DNA of 63,967 nucleotides, filler included, from Stramenopiles sp. TOSAG23-6 (taxonomy: Eukaryota), in assembly GCA_900128565.1 (NCBI GenBank). It is 3 parts of 3 records of this genome, joined end to end, with 100 filler letters (N's around TTAATTAATTAA, not from the genome) between each part and the next. Parts side by side here need not be neighbours in the genome. Positions count along the whole stretch, not along the records: positions 1 to 24,914 come from LT636000.1; 2 more parts are not named here. One strand, written 5' to 3'. The position numbers and the translations under genes were made by a program. The notes beneath the pieces were generated by a model. That model saw nothing but the letters and a program-made list of their open reading frames with translations, was not told the DNA's origin and searched no databases. Positions within the stretch are counted from its first letter, which is position 1. Each line of letters opens with the position of its first letter. Shown piece after piece: positions 1 through 11,155 of the stretch.

Positions 1-91
1 TTTTTTTTTTTTTTTTTTTTTTTTTTTTGGTACGAAATTTTGTACCTAACAAAAATATTTAAAAAAAATTTCATATTTTTTCACACGACAG

Positions 92-1634
92 ATTTTGATC
101 AAACAATTATACAAGAATTGATGCGTACGTCTTTTTCCACAATTGCTTCTACACAACAATCAAATGATAATAAGATCAAAATTATAGATAAAATTACAAA
201 ATTATTGAGCGTACTGCCTGAAAATTATTTGTTGTCATTGCTAGGAGTACATATTCCAAACCCTAACCCTAATTATACTCCAAACCCTAACCCTAATTAT
301 ACTCCAAACCCAAGCCCTAACCCTAATGATACATCTCTACACTGTAGAAATATGTATTTTATATGTCGACTCATTTCATTAGATATTTTACCTGATGATG
401 TATTATATTCAATATGTTGGAGATATTTTTTTGTACCAAACCCTAACCCTAGTATAGAAAATTGTATTGACGAAACATGTACATTTTTTTTCATCATGAA
501 TTTTAAATTTATTTAAATTATTTTTTCAAAAACCAAATTTTTTTTTTTTTTTTTTTTTTTTTACTAAAAAATTTGTAATTTTTTATTTAATTTCACAATA
601 TATGGTTTGTATCAACAAAAAAGGCTATTTTACCTATATATGCACGAGCTGTTGTATTTTCATCGTACAAACGCGTTTCTTCATTGGGTAAGAAAATTCC
701 TCCAATTTTAGTATGTAAAGATTTGTTATTAAATACCTTGCATGTACGTTTTCATTAGGGTTAGGGTTCAATTTCAAATTAATTTTTTTTTTTTGAAAAT
801 GTTGTACCTAACAAATTTTCAAAAAAAATTTGAAATATTTTTTTACAATCCATAAAAGTTTTTCTGCTGCTGGTAGTGCGTATTCAAGATTCGTGGAAGA
901 GAAACAGTTTTGTGTCGACATGTTGGAAAAAATTATACAACCACTCAGCTTCATCGCATTTCTTTCCATGTATGTGTTATTTTTTTTTTTACAAAAAAAT
1001 CGAATTTATTTTTTTATAAAAATTTTGTACCTAACAATTTTTTTTTTTTTTTTAAAATATTTTTCGACAATACATGAGTTTGCTTCAGAGCATTAGTAAT
1101 GGATGTGATATTTTACATCTCTTGTCATTGCGTAGTTTTTTTCATCCTGAATATTCGAAAAGTGAAATTATTTTGAAATCAAAAGTTACACAAATTCGAA
1201 ATTCAAAAACCAAATTAGGGTTAGGGATAGGTGATGGTTATCCCGAGTTGTTTTACTTACATTCCATTTTACCTCAAGTTTTACAAATTTTACCAAAGAG
1301 TACATCATTGGAATTTACATCTCAATTTATCAATTTATGTCAGTGTGATTTTTTTCAGAAATGTTGTTTTACTACACAAGAACAATCAGCAAATACCTTT
1401 CTATCTGAAAAACAAAAAATACAAAAAATACAAAAAGAAATAGAAACCGTAAAAAATAATATTTCTCTACTTTTGAAATCGGTGGTATGGGCTATCACTG
1501 GTACTTCTTCCTTTTCTGCAGTTAGGGTTAGGGATAAACAACCAGATGATGAAGTGGAGTGTGGATTTGCAACTTTGCTTTGGACTGGTAGTTGGGGCAA
1601 ATTAGAAAATTTATTCATTGAGAGTGCTCATTGA
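92..1634 (+). CDS. Hypothetical protein, 5'-truncated and spliced. Exons <92-478, 604-743, 854-969, 1076-1634; NPNPNY repeats
   Basis: ORF pieces join in frame (ET-W-FVSTKK, NTLH-KSFS, FLS-M-SLLQ) when family inserts <1-91, 479-603, 744-853 and 970-1075 are removed. Confidence 0.7.
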
Positions 1635-1862
1635 ATGGAATACACTAAAACACTAATAATTTTTGTAGTTTTTTTGTAGTTTTTTTTTATTATATGCCCG
1701 ATGTCTCCCATTTTTCGGATGTTTTTGTTACGGCTTAAAACACCGAATACCGTCGGGATTAGGGTTAGGGTTNCCGATGAATGAAACTCATTATGTATAC
1801 TAGGAAGGAGGTATCTCTCGCTAGATTTTTCATCAGAGTCTAAAGAATGAATTTGTATTCTA

Positions 1863-2939
1863 CTACCATACTCCTCCTCCTCGACGCGTTGGCATACCCA
1901 TCCTCATATTCTTCCTCTTTATTCTTGCTCGGTTTTGTTGATTTTTGATTCTGTCAATTGTCGAAATAAAATCTTGGTCATATCTTTGGACATCCAATGC
2001 ACTGTGGTCTCCCACAGGCAAATACTTGATATAATGGGCTTTGGGCATTCCATAATTGTAACCACCTGGCCAGAAACCTGGACTTTCAAACTCGTTCCAT
2101 GTTGAGTTTGACTCTCCTCGCACAGTATGGCGACTCGGGTTTCGACCCTTATATAGCATGAAGGATCTGTCTGTCTGAAATTTGCGGATCATTGGACCTA
2201 CAGGCTTCAAAACTCCCATGGCACCGCAATTCATCCGCATTGCTTCGGTCTCCAAGTGCTCAAGAATTTGCTTGTGAAATGGCGCTTTTTGAGATTTATC
2301 ATTGCATGATAAGTAGTAGGGCGTCTTTTGAATGCCTTGAAAGCGCAAAATGCACTTGCCACCGCGTGTTTCATTCCACCCAGAATAGCTCATATCGCGC
2401 ATGCCATAGAACGGAGAATAATAATAAGTTGCTATTCCGCCAACTGTAACGCCATTGATTTTAGCGAGGTAGACTTTATATCCGAAAGAGTCGCCATCGT
2501 TTTGGATACCCTCTTCATAAAAACCACAGATTACACGATACGGATCAATAACATCTCTTTCAATAGGCAGGAGAACCCCTTCATCCATGACCCGATTATT
2601 TATTCTCACAAGTTCCATGCATTCGTCATACGTTTTTGCTTCAAATATTTCTACATCTCCACTTTTTGTAAAAATACCGTCATCACCAAATGTTCCGATA
2701 TCTTTTGTATTTTCCCGTATATAACGTTGTTTTTCTGACAAGTTATTCTCAGCTTTGGATTCGATGGCAGGAGAATCAGGAGGAGGCACTGGGGGCAATA
2801 CTTCAGCAGCTTTGACCCACTCAAGGACCCACTCATTCTTTGGCATCGAAAACTGGGGTTCAGGCGACACTGATTCAGCAGCAAAAGCTGAACTCAAGCA
2901 GTATAAATAAAATACAACGAATGAGTTTGAAGATTTCAT
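1863..2939 (-). CDS. Hypothetical protein with signal-peptide-like N-terminus, possible GNAT-like fold
   Basis: Intronless 358-aa ORF; hydrophobic N-terminus; VYLAKINGVTVGGI...QILEHLETEA pattern loosely resembles GNAT. Confidence 0.6.
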   Translation of the reverse strand: MKSSNSFVVFYLYCLSSAFAAESVSPEPQFSMPKNEWVLEWVKAAEVLPPVPPPDSPAIESKAENNLSEKQRYIRENTKDIGTFGDDGIFTKSGDVEIFEAKTYDECMELVRINNRVMDEGVLLPIERDVIDPYRVICGFYEEGIQNDGDSFGYKVYLAKINGVTVGGIATYYYSPFYGMRDMSYSGWNETRGGKCILRFQGIQKTPYYLSCNDKSQKAPFHKQILEHLETEAMRMNCGAMGVLKPVGPMIRKFQTDRSFMLYKGRNPSRHTVRGESNSTWNEFESPGFWPGGYNYGMPKAHYIKYLPVGDHSALDVQRYDQDFISTIDRIKNQQNRARIKRKNMRMGMPTRRGGGVW

Positions 2940-3296
2940 TTTGGTATGTGTGACTTTATTTTTGTCAATTGAGTTGTGATGTAGTGTGAAGAAAGTAGTT
3001 GTAGTGCTTAGTCACTTAGTGTGAAGAAAGTAGTTGGTCAGGTAGGTCCTAGTTCCTAAAAAGTAGCAAATTTAACGTTTTGAATGATTTTTCGTGCACG
3101 CAGACAGATCTCGAGCCAGCGCGACCGATTCAACCGAGATATCCGATTTGACTAAAGCTATTAGCTAGGACTAGCTGGTAGATATCAATACTAGTATTGT
3201 AGTAGTGTAGATACCCTAGTGTATTGAATTCTTTGCTTACTCACATTCGTAAGAGGCAGAATTATCATATTAATTCTCAAGTAAACGTATATTAAC

Positions 3297-3731
3297 ATGA
3301 CTGAAAAAGACTTACCGATGGAAGTCCTACAAAGTTTAGATAAATTTGATGAAAAGCTAGCGTCTTTAGAGTATGCAACGTCTGTATTATCAAATGTTGA
3401 TACCAAGACCGATACATCACGGCTTAATCCACTAGAAAAGGCCCACCTGAACTTTACTTTAGCCTACTCAATTAATTCTGCTTTTCATCTGTTCCTAAAG
3501 GTAAACGGTGTCGATCCCAATGGGCACCCAGTAAGAGAACAGTTGCAACGTACTCAAAAGTATGCGAAGAAGATTGACAGGGTTGAAAATCCTGATAAAT
3601 ACAAGAAACAGCAAGAACTCTCAAAAGCAGCAATTAGTATAGTGTCACTGAATCCAAAAACAGCAAAGCCAGATAGTGAACCATCGAAAAAAAGAAGAAA
3701 AACATCGAAAAAAACAAGAAAAAGCTCATGA
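3297..3731 (+). CDS. C1D: C1D/Rrp47 nuclear exosome cofactor (Sas10/Utp3/C1D family)
   Basis: LNPLEKAHLNFTLAYSINSAFHLFLKVNGVDPNGHPVREQLQR motif and basic C-terminal tail. Confidence 0.85.
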   Translation: MTEKDLPMEVLQSLDKFDEKLASLEYATSVLSNVDTKTDTSRLNPLEKAHLNFTLAYSINSAFHLFLKVNGVDPNGHPVREQLQRTQKYAKKIDRVENPDKYKKQQELSKAAISIVSLNPKTAKPDSEPSKKRRKTSKKTRKSS

Positions 3732-3773
3732 TACATTTTTTTGACTTATAAATTTAATTACTTAAATATAATC

Positions 3774-5546
3774 TTATGGCGGAACAGGGGGTGTACAATT
3801 AAATACCTTTTCTGATGTATCTAACTTTGGTCTTACTATTGCTTTCTGTTCAACTGTATCTGCCATGTATGAATTTGACTCTAAGTGTCTAATTGTCTCA
3901 AGTCGGCTATTTCTATCTCTCAAAATGCCCTCAGCACGCACACAACGCGTATCTTCTAGATGCTGACAATGTTCTGGATCTATAGCGCGATATAAAGAGA
4001 GAGCATCCAATGCTTGGTCACGAATTCCATCGTGTGGATGAGTTTGACTGCATTTGTAAAGGCCATCAAAAACTATTTTGAGAACCTCATGTCGATGCGT
4101 TGCTTCATGTACTGTCAAATTTCGAAAAGACTCATTTTTCCAGAGCCATAAGGCTCGTTCACATATTTGTATATGTGGACAATCAATACATTTTAAAAGC
4201 CTCAGAGATAATCGTTTGCGAACAACTGCAAATTCTTCCACTGTCATAAACTCGAAAAGTTCATCTAATTCCTGAAGAAAGAGCATTTCCTTTCCAGTGT
4301 TACCACAGGGCCAATACCTTAGCAATCCCTGAATAATCACAGTTGTTAAAGATCTATCTTTTCCACAAAAAAGGACCATACAGTATGATAATGGTGGATG
4401 ATACTCTGCCATTCCACACATTTTGTGTAGTGGAAGCAGCGCGTGTGTGAGCATCTTTTTATGCTCTGTTTTAATGGGTACGGCAAATCCGTTTATTATA
4501 CTTGCAAGAATTTCCAATAATTCACTGATACCAAAATGTCGATTTGTCTCATATAGAAACTCAAAAAATATATTATTCACACATCTCCGTATAGCTGCTC
4601 GTCTGTTAGTAAGTTTACCATATATTCGATGCGTTGAAGTCTTCAAATATTCCCTTTCTCGACTGTCTTCCGTATCAAAAAGGCGGAGAAGTTTACGCAA
4701 AAATTTGACTGAAGTTGCTTTTTTCTTAATGACAATATCAATTTTGGTGGCTTGCACAAGACGAAGTAACAACTCATATACAACTGACAAGTGAGGCCAC
4801 GCAGGGTCGCGATACCCTTCATCATCCTCAGCGTTGCCAATTTCTTCATACCCAATGCAACACTTGCTCGGAAGTGCGCGAAATAAGTTCAATGAAAGCA
4901 TTTTTAGAACATCCGAATAGGTACGGAAATCATTAAAAGCACATGGCCCAACGCTTGTGTCGCAAAGATCTACAAGTTCAAGAAGAGTCTCTCGTTTGTA
5001 TTGTTTCTCTGCTGCAAATTCTGCAGGTTCAAGTGGGTTGAATTTGAAGCATACTGAGCATAGCTGAAGCTTACGGAGTAATAACTCTTTTCGTCTAAAT
5101 AATGGTTGCTCAAGCAGTGGAGGTAACTGACAAGTGTATATTGTTTGGTTTGGTAACCCACGGTAATAACTACCAGCACCTGCAGGCCACGGAGTAGGTA
5201 CTGCAGCACGGAGTAGCGAAGCGAGCCACATCTGCTGCTCCTCAGGTGTGTCAACAAATAAATTATGCACTACACCAGACGCAGAAGTCACACTAACTCC
5301 ATAATGCTGTCGCCCACCAAATATAATCAGAGACAGTGGGTTCACAATACTACCAGATACACAAATTTGATCCCTTGGATCCAGCTTTGCTACAACATCT
5401 TGTTTCTGGGTGAAGATAAAAAGATCGTTATTCTTTAACACAGCAAAGAAAACGCGAAACTCCGTAGCATCAGTAATTTCACCTTCTGAGTAATGCGTAG
5501 CAGCTTGAATCTCGACAGATCCAATCTTTGATCGCGAACGCGACAT
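3774..5546 (-). CDS. PP2A B56 (B') regulatory subunit with an N-terminal PH-like domain
   Basis: B56 motifs DPAWPHLSVVYELL, LFDTEDSREREYLK, HRIYGK, ELLEILASIINGFAVP, LLRYWP; PH-like VFFAVLKNNDLFIF...EEQQMWLASL. Start placed at ATG 5546. Confidence 0.9.
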   Translation of the reverse strand: MSRSRSKIGSVEIQAATHYSEGEITDATEFRVFFAVLKNNDLFIFTQKQDVVAKLDPRDQICVSGSIVNPLSLIIFGGRQHYGVSVTSASGVVHNLFVDTPEEQQMWLASLLRAAVPTPWPAGAGSYYRGLPNQTIYTCQLPPLLEQPLFRRKELLLRKLQLCSVCFKFNPLEPAEFAAEKQYKRETLLELVDLCDTSVGPCAFNDFRTYSDVLKMLSLNLFRALPSKCCIGYEEIGNAEDDEGYRDPAWPHLSVVYELLLRLVQATKIDIVIKKKATSVKFLRKLLRLFDTEDSREREYLKTSTHRIYGKLTNRRAAIRRCVNNIFFEFLYETNRHFGISELLEILASIINGFAVPIKTEHKKMLTHALLPLHKMCGMAEYHPPLSYCMVLFCGKDRSLTTVIIQGLLRYWPCGNTGKEMLFLQELDELFEFMTVEEFAVVRKRLSLRLLKCIDCPHIQICERALWLWKNESFRNLTVHEATHRHEVLKIVFDGLYKCSQTHPHDGIRDQALDALSLYRAIDPEHCQHLEDTRCVRAEGILRDRNSRLETIRHLESNSYMADTVEQKAIVRPKLDTSEKVFNCTPPVPP

Positions 5547-5914
5547 CGTGTATAAAAACTTCCACCAGTTGTACTCCACCTCGGGCAAGGAAAAGAAGTG
5601 ACGAATTCAATTTCTTGAACAAGTCGAAGTTCGAAAATAACATCGATCGAGATGATTCGCCTTTGAGAATTTCTCGAGTCAAAAAAACAAACCCTAACCC
5701 TAATTATAATAAATCGTAACACAAAACTATTTTGTATAGAAATTTCGTACTTAAGCGAACGTAATCGAAAAAAAACACAGAAGAACACGCGCATATATAT
5801 CTCGACGAAACGCATGCATACAATATTAGTACACATACTTACTCGCCGGTACTTTGTGTTCTGTTTTGCGCCTGCTACATTTCTTCCCTGATTTGCTGAA
5901 AATCACTGGATAGG

Positions 5915-8536
5915 ATGCTTATGTTCCGCCTTTCTCAATGTCGTGTAGCGTGCTCCCTTGAGAAATTGCAGAATGTACGATATTTACACAAGTCTGGTAG
6001 TGTTCCGTTTAGTTTGGCACATGTGCATTCAGGACCAATACGTTCAACTATCGGTCATCATTTTAGTAGTTTGCGGAACGTAACACAATCTTTCTTCCCA
6101 AAATGGTTACAAGTAGCGTCTCAGTCAAGAAGTGTGTTTTGGAACAAAAATATTCCTCGTGGATTTGGTAAGTTCTTTCCTAAAGGAAAAGATGGATCTA
6201 GTGGTGGAGTGAAAAATACAACCGGTAGAACAAAGTCGGCGACAAAGAATGAAAAGAACACTAGCAAAAGTGGTAATACATTCGCGTCTGCTTCTTCTAA
6301 ATTAGGAAAAGACAAAAAAATGAATGGTAAAGGTAAAAAAACACAGCCTGAAGATCCTTGGGGTCAACTCGGTTCTTCAGCTTGGGTTGCATCTGGATTA
6401 CTCCTTTTTTACTTATTATTTGGTCGTTCCGAAGACAACGGCCAAGAGATAACATGGCAGGATTTTCAGTCAAAATATCTTGCGGCTGGTCAAGTGGAAG
6501 GCATTACCGTAGTCAATAAAGCCATTGCTGTTGTTAAACTATATGAACAAGGAGTCAGACGTCCGCTGGATAACGGATTTGATGAAGGACGTTCCTTTGA
6601 AAATAATGTTGGCAGCGGGTATAGTACAGGTTCTGGTACGCGTTCATCAAGTAGTGGTAGTAGCAATGGATACGATCAGAGGAAATTATATTTTACAATA
6701 GGATCAATTGAAAATTTCGAAAGAAAGTTAGAGTATGCACAACGTGAATTAGGTTTAAGAACAATTGATTACGTTCCCGTGACCTATACTCAAAGTGTTA
6801 ACTGGGGTAGTACATTATTGTCTTTAGCTCCCACACTCATGTTACTTGGTGTCACTTTATTTATGATTAGAGGAATCGGTGGAATGGGTGGAATGGGAGG
6901 TAGTGGTGGTGGAGGCATGGGTGGAATGGGTGGCATGTTTCGTGTTGGTAAAGCGAAACCCTCAACAAAAACCGCCACTGGTGTAAAATTTAAAGATGTT
7001 GCAGGTTGTGATGAAGCAAAATCAGAAATTATGGAATTTGTGCAATTTCTTAAAAAACCCGAAAAATTTGTACGTCTAGGTGCAAAAGTTCCAAAAGGAG
7101 CATTACTGGTTGGTCCCCCAGGGACTGGTAAAACTCTGCTGGCAAAGGCCACGGCTGGAGAAGCATCTGTACCATTTTTTTCCATGTCAGGTTCAGATTT
7201 TATTGAAATGTTCGTTGGTGTTGGACCGTCTAGAGTTCGCGATTTGTTTAAAAAAGCAAGAGAACAAGCTCCTTGTATCATTTTTATTGATGAGATTGAT
7301 GCAGTTGCTCGACAACGATCGAAGGGTGGATTTTCTGGTGGTAACGATGAAAGAGAAAACACACTGAATCAATTATTAGTTGAAATGGATGGCTTTGAAA
7401 CCCAAGAGGGTGTAGTTGTTCTAGCAGGTACAAATCGGGTCGATATCCTTGATAAAGCCATTTTGCGCCCAGGGAGATTTGATCGACAGATTCAAGTGGA
7501 AAAACCTGATATAAAAGGTCGTAAAGATATTAGTATGGTTTACCTGAATAAATTAAAATGCCATGGTGATGATAATGAAAAATATGCTGAACGTCTTGCA
7601 TCTCTTACCCCTGGCTTTTCTGGTGCTGATATTGCAAATATCTGTAACGAAGCAGCAATTTTTGCCGCCCGTGAAGGAAAAGAAGCGATCGAAATGGTGG
7701 ATTTTGAATCAGCCGTTGATCGTATCATTGGCGGTATGACAAAGAAAAATATGATTTTGTCACCTGAAGAAAAAAGATGTATAGCATACCACGAAGCTGG
7801 TCATGCAGTGGTTGGTTGGTTACTTGAACATGCAGATCCATTGTTAAAAGTCACTATTGTCCCTCACAGTAATGGTGCTCTCGGATATGCTCAGTACTTA
7901 CCTAAAGAAATTGCGCTTCATAGTACCCAAGCTTTACATGATAGAATATGCATGGCACTTGGTGGAAGAGCGAGTGAGGAAATACACTTTGGTAAAGTAA
8001 CAACGGGTGCTTCAGATGACTTGAAACGTGTTACACAAATGGCACATGCTATGGTTACAGTGTATGGTATGAGTGACCGAGTTGGTCAAGTTTCCTATCA
8101 ACCTGAGGATAATGGATTTGGTGGGTCTTCAAAACCTTACTCAGAACTAACAGGTCAAGTGATTGACGAAGAAGTTAAAATAATAATTGATAAAATGTAC
8201 AAACGAACGCGGCAATTACTTGTCGATAATAAAGACAAAGTTAAATTACTCGCAGAAGAACTTTTGCGTAAAGAAACAATTAATGTAGATGACGTCATTG
8301 AACTTATAGGAAAACGACCTTTCGATACTCCAACAACTTATCAGGAGATGCTCGATGCGTCTTGGAAGCGTCCAGTAACGGATACATCTTCAACAGAAAA
8401 TGAAGCGAAGACTGAAGAACCTGCTGAAGAATCTGTTGGCGACGTTGGTGCTTCACCAACTTTGGCTACTAAATGTTGTGCGACCAATTCAAAAGATGGT
8501 TTGGAGAGTCTAGGATTTGTTCGTCATAATAATTAG
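5915..8536 (+). CDS. AFG3L2: Mitochondrial m-AAA protease (AFG3L2/FtsH family)
   Basis: Walker A GPPGTGKT, Walker [24 protein letters not shown] zinc motif, two TM segments, presequence-like N-terminus; intronless. Confidence 0.93.
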   Translation: MLMFRLSQCRVACSLEKLQNVRYLHKSGSVPFSLAHVHSGPIRSTIGHHFSSLRNVTQSFFPKWLQVASQSRSVFWNKNIPRGFGKFFPKGKDGSSGGVKNTTGRTKSATKNEKNTSKSGNTFASASSKLGKDKKMNGKGKKTQPEDPWGQLGSSAWVASGLLLFYLLFGRSEDNGQEITWQDFQSKYLAAGQVEGITVVNKAIAVVKLYEQGVRRPLDNGFDEGRSFENNVGSGYSTGSGTRSSSSGSSNGYDQRKLYFTIGSIENFERKLEYAQRELGLRTIDYVPVTYTQSVNWGSTLLSLAPTLMLLGVTLFMIRGIGGMGGMGGSGGGGMGGMGGMFRVGKAKPSTKTATGVKFKDVAGCDEAKSEIMEFVQFLKKPEKFVRLGAKVPKGALLVGPPGTGKTLLAKATAGEASVPFFSMSGSDFIEMFVGVGPSRVRDLFKKAREQAPCIIFIDEIDAVARQRSKGGFSGGNDERENTLNQLLVEMDGFETQEGVVVLAGTNRVDILDKAILRPGRFDRQIQVEKPDIKGRKDISMVYLNKLKCHGDDNEKYAERLASLTPGFSGADIANICNEAAIFAAREGKEAIEMVDFESAVDRIIGGMTKKNMILSPEEKRCIAYHEAGHAVVGWLLEHADPLLKVTIVPHSNGALGYAQYLPKEIALHSTQALHDRICMALGGRASEEIHFGKVTTGASDDLKRVTQMAHAMVTVYGMSDRVGQVSYQPEDNGFGGSSKPYSELTGQVIDEEVKIIIDKMYKRTRQLLVDNKDKVKLLAEELLRKETINVDDVIELIGKRPFDTPTTYQEMLDASWKRPVTDTSSTENEAKTEEPAEESVGDVGASPTLATKCCATNSKDGLESLGFVRHNN

Positions 8537-8755
8537 AAGCTCAAATAAAAGTATGTTAGAAATGAAATATTTGCCTTCATATATTTATGAAAAGTAAAAA
8601 ATTATAAAATTGTACATGAATTCTTTTATTGCTTTCGTTTGCGATTTCTTTTATTGCTTCCGTTTACGTTTATCCGTAGGACTTACTCATTTCAATAAAA
8701 AAGGGTAGTACGTCTTTACAATTGGGGTGAATATAACCATGCATTCGATCAAGGT

Positions 8756-10381
8756 TTAAGGTATTTCAATTTCATCAAGGGCTTTTTCGAAATCATCGAG
8801 CGACAGATTTACATTTAAAGGCTCATCCATTTCAAATACTTCAGAAGGCCTACTCGCCATCGATGGTGCCTGTGGTTCAGCAATCGGTGATGTTTGTGGT
8901 TCAGCAATCGGTGATGTTTGTGGTTCAGCAATCGGTGATGTCTGTGCTTCAGCAATCGGTGATGTCTGTGCTTCAGCAATCGGTGATGTTTGTGGTTCAG
9001 CAATCGGTGCCAAGAATTTGTGTAAGTTCTCTGGATTTTTCTGCCACACTTGAGCAAAGACATGACAATTAATGCTATTTTCGTCTTTAAACCCAAGTTT
9101 TTTAAAAAAAGAATAATCATTACCCCAGAACGAAGCACTATACTTGAAAGCAAAATTAGGTTTCAGCTGTATTTGTAATTCTTTCTTTGGGTTGTTTCTG
9201 GGACTACTCTGACTAGGTTGCAATGAAACCAATTTTCCTTTTTTCATGACATTCAAAATTGCGAGTCTTTCAGCGCCTAACTGCTGTCGTGTCGATTGAT
9301 AACCTTGACATTGTTGCAAATTATCACATGTGCAATCTCTGCAAGCTGGTTTGAGACTTCCATCATTGTTATAACATATGTGAGACTTGTATACATCAGG
9401 TGTCGAAAGAATAGGAGGCGTTCCAGGATTTTTATGTAATCCAATGCTACATTTGTGTTCTGGAAACCACATGTAGTGATGGAAAACATACGGCGAAGTA
9501 TTTGTTTCATAGGAGAAAAAGTTCCGCAGAGTATTTAACTTTGTGTTGGTTTTCTTAGATGGGTCAAATCGAAAAATCCTCGCAGGACACCATTCGGTCT
9601 CTTCATTCATTTCAATCATTTCAAAAGAATCTGAAGAAAAACAAGGAAACATTGCTTGTCTAGGAGCTTCTTGGACACCGATGGCTATTTTAGGTTTTTT
9701 TACAAAGATTTTATGAATCAATGTATTAAAAAATGAAGAAATTGTAACTTCGTTTGTAAACAAGTCTGAGTTTACAATTCCTAAAGTTTTATCATACGTT
9801 TTTACTCCATTTATCTGTGATGGCAAAGGGATAAGCGGAGTGAGAATTCTTATGACTGGAGGTTCAACCGGAGGATATTTTTTTAAAAGCATCTGAACAT
9901 GAATGATAGAATCTTCCCAATGAGTATCTTTCAAGGCATTGCCCTGTATAGTACCCATGATTTCAATATTAGCATATTTACTTTCAAATACTGGTTTCCA
10001 GGATATTCCATCATATAATTTCGATGTCATACAGTGTGGAGTTTTCACGCATTTGAACTCTAGTTCAACGAGTTCTTTTTGTTTTTTTTCACTGAGTCTG
10101 AAAATACCGATGTTATGCATATACTGTAATTGCGACAACGCTGTATTAACTTTTTGTGTAGTGTCACGGGCAATCGGACTTTGAACCTCAGATTCAACGT
10201 GAGGTGGTTTAAAAAAATCATTAACTAGTCCGAGAACAGATCTTTCATACTTCCCTCGCTGCAAATTCCAAACATCTTGCAACATACAACTTCCATTTTT
10301 CACGCTGAGACATAAAATTAGTACTACCAACTTAGGTATGATGTGATGCACAAAAGAAAATCTTCTGTGTGACTTTACCAT
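8756..10381 (-). CDS. Hypothetical protein with a UBC-fold-like segment (KYPPVEPPVIRILTP) and C-terminal PIAE(P/A)QTS repeats
   Basis: About 540-aa intronless ORF; start taken at ATG 10381. Confidence 0.6.
   Translation of the reverse strand: MVKSHRRFSFVHHIIPKLVVLILCLSVKNGSCMLQDVWNLQRGKYERSVLGLVNDFFKPPHVESEVQSPIARDTTQKVNTALSQLQYMHNIGIFRLSEKKQKELVELEFKCVKTPHCMTSKLYDGISWKPVFESKYANIEIMGTIQGNALKDTHWEDSIIHVQMLLKKYPPVEPPVIRILTPLIPLPSQINGVKTYDKTLGIVNSDLFTNEVTISSFFNTLIHKIFVKKPKIAIGVQEAPRQAMFPCFSSDSFEMIEMNEETEWCPARIFRFDPSKKTNTKLNTLRNFFSYETNTSPYVFHHYMWFPEHKCSIGLHKNPGTPPILSTPDVYKSHICYNNDGSLKPACRDCTCDNLQQCQGYQSTRQQLGAERLAILNVMKKGKLVSLQPSQSSPRNNPKKELQIQLKPNFAFKYSASFWGNDYSFFKKLGFKDENSINCHVFAQVWQKNPENLHKFLAPIAEPQTSPIAEAQTSPIAEAQTSPIAEPQTSPIAEPQTSPIAEPQAPSMASRPSEVFEMDEPLNVNLSLDDFEKALDEIEIP
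8872..9009. repeat. Coding tandem repeat, 24-bp unit, about 6 copies
   Basis: Unit tggttcagcaatcggtgatgtttg / tgcttcagcaatcggtgatgtctg seen directly. Confidence 0.9.
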
Positions 10382-11155
10382 TTTAAACAAAATGATATGT
10401 CGAGTATTGGCTTTTTAATGAAACAATCGATCAAATCGACGACGAGTCGACGACACACGCGACGACGGTATAGTATTCAGCATGGAAAGTTGGAGGCAAC
10501 TTGGAGCTTGGAGCCAGCGCCAATCACTCGTCGCTAAAAACTAAAAAGAAATATAATCGGAATTTCGTGTTATAAAATTGGCATGAATAGGATCAGATCG
10601 ATCAGATCTGAAACTGTGTCGAATATTTTATATCCTGTGTTACGGAGGACAATACTACCTTTGGTAAGACAAAGTGGATTAATAAAACAAAGCTAAACAT
10701 TAGTAATCCAATAGCTGGGATTCTACTTTACCTTGAACAAATAACTATTTTAACTGCTTACATTTGAAAGGAACATAGCAATGGTTTCTATTATTTATAC
10801 TGAAAAGAATGGTATATTTTCTCGAGCGCAAGGTGCCAGCTCTGGAAGCGAATCATATTTCATTGCTTCCTTGCTCATTCTTTGTTTTTCAATTTTTATG
10901 AATTGGTCATTTACTGAAGTCCTCATCTTTCTCGGCATTTCAATCCTATTTCAGCTGTTTATGATGTCGAAGTTTGAGCGCAATATCCTTTGGTATTATT
11001 GTTTCTCCTTGAAATATGGGCCATCAGTTGTCAGAAACGCTTGTATTGCTTTTGCTCAGTGGTAGGTTATATATTATACAATCAATATTACATTATTTGA
11101 CATCGCTGTTGTTTATTTATACTGTTTATTATTTTGATATTGATGACATTTTTCT

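Noticed and set aside
8872-9009. Short direct-repeat arrays (also 33318-33457) as CRISPR-like
   Set aside because: No unique spacers, unit lengths are multiples of 3 inside ORFs, and the context is eukaryotic.
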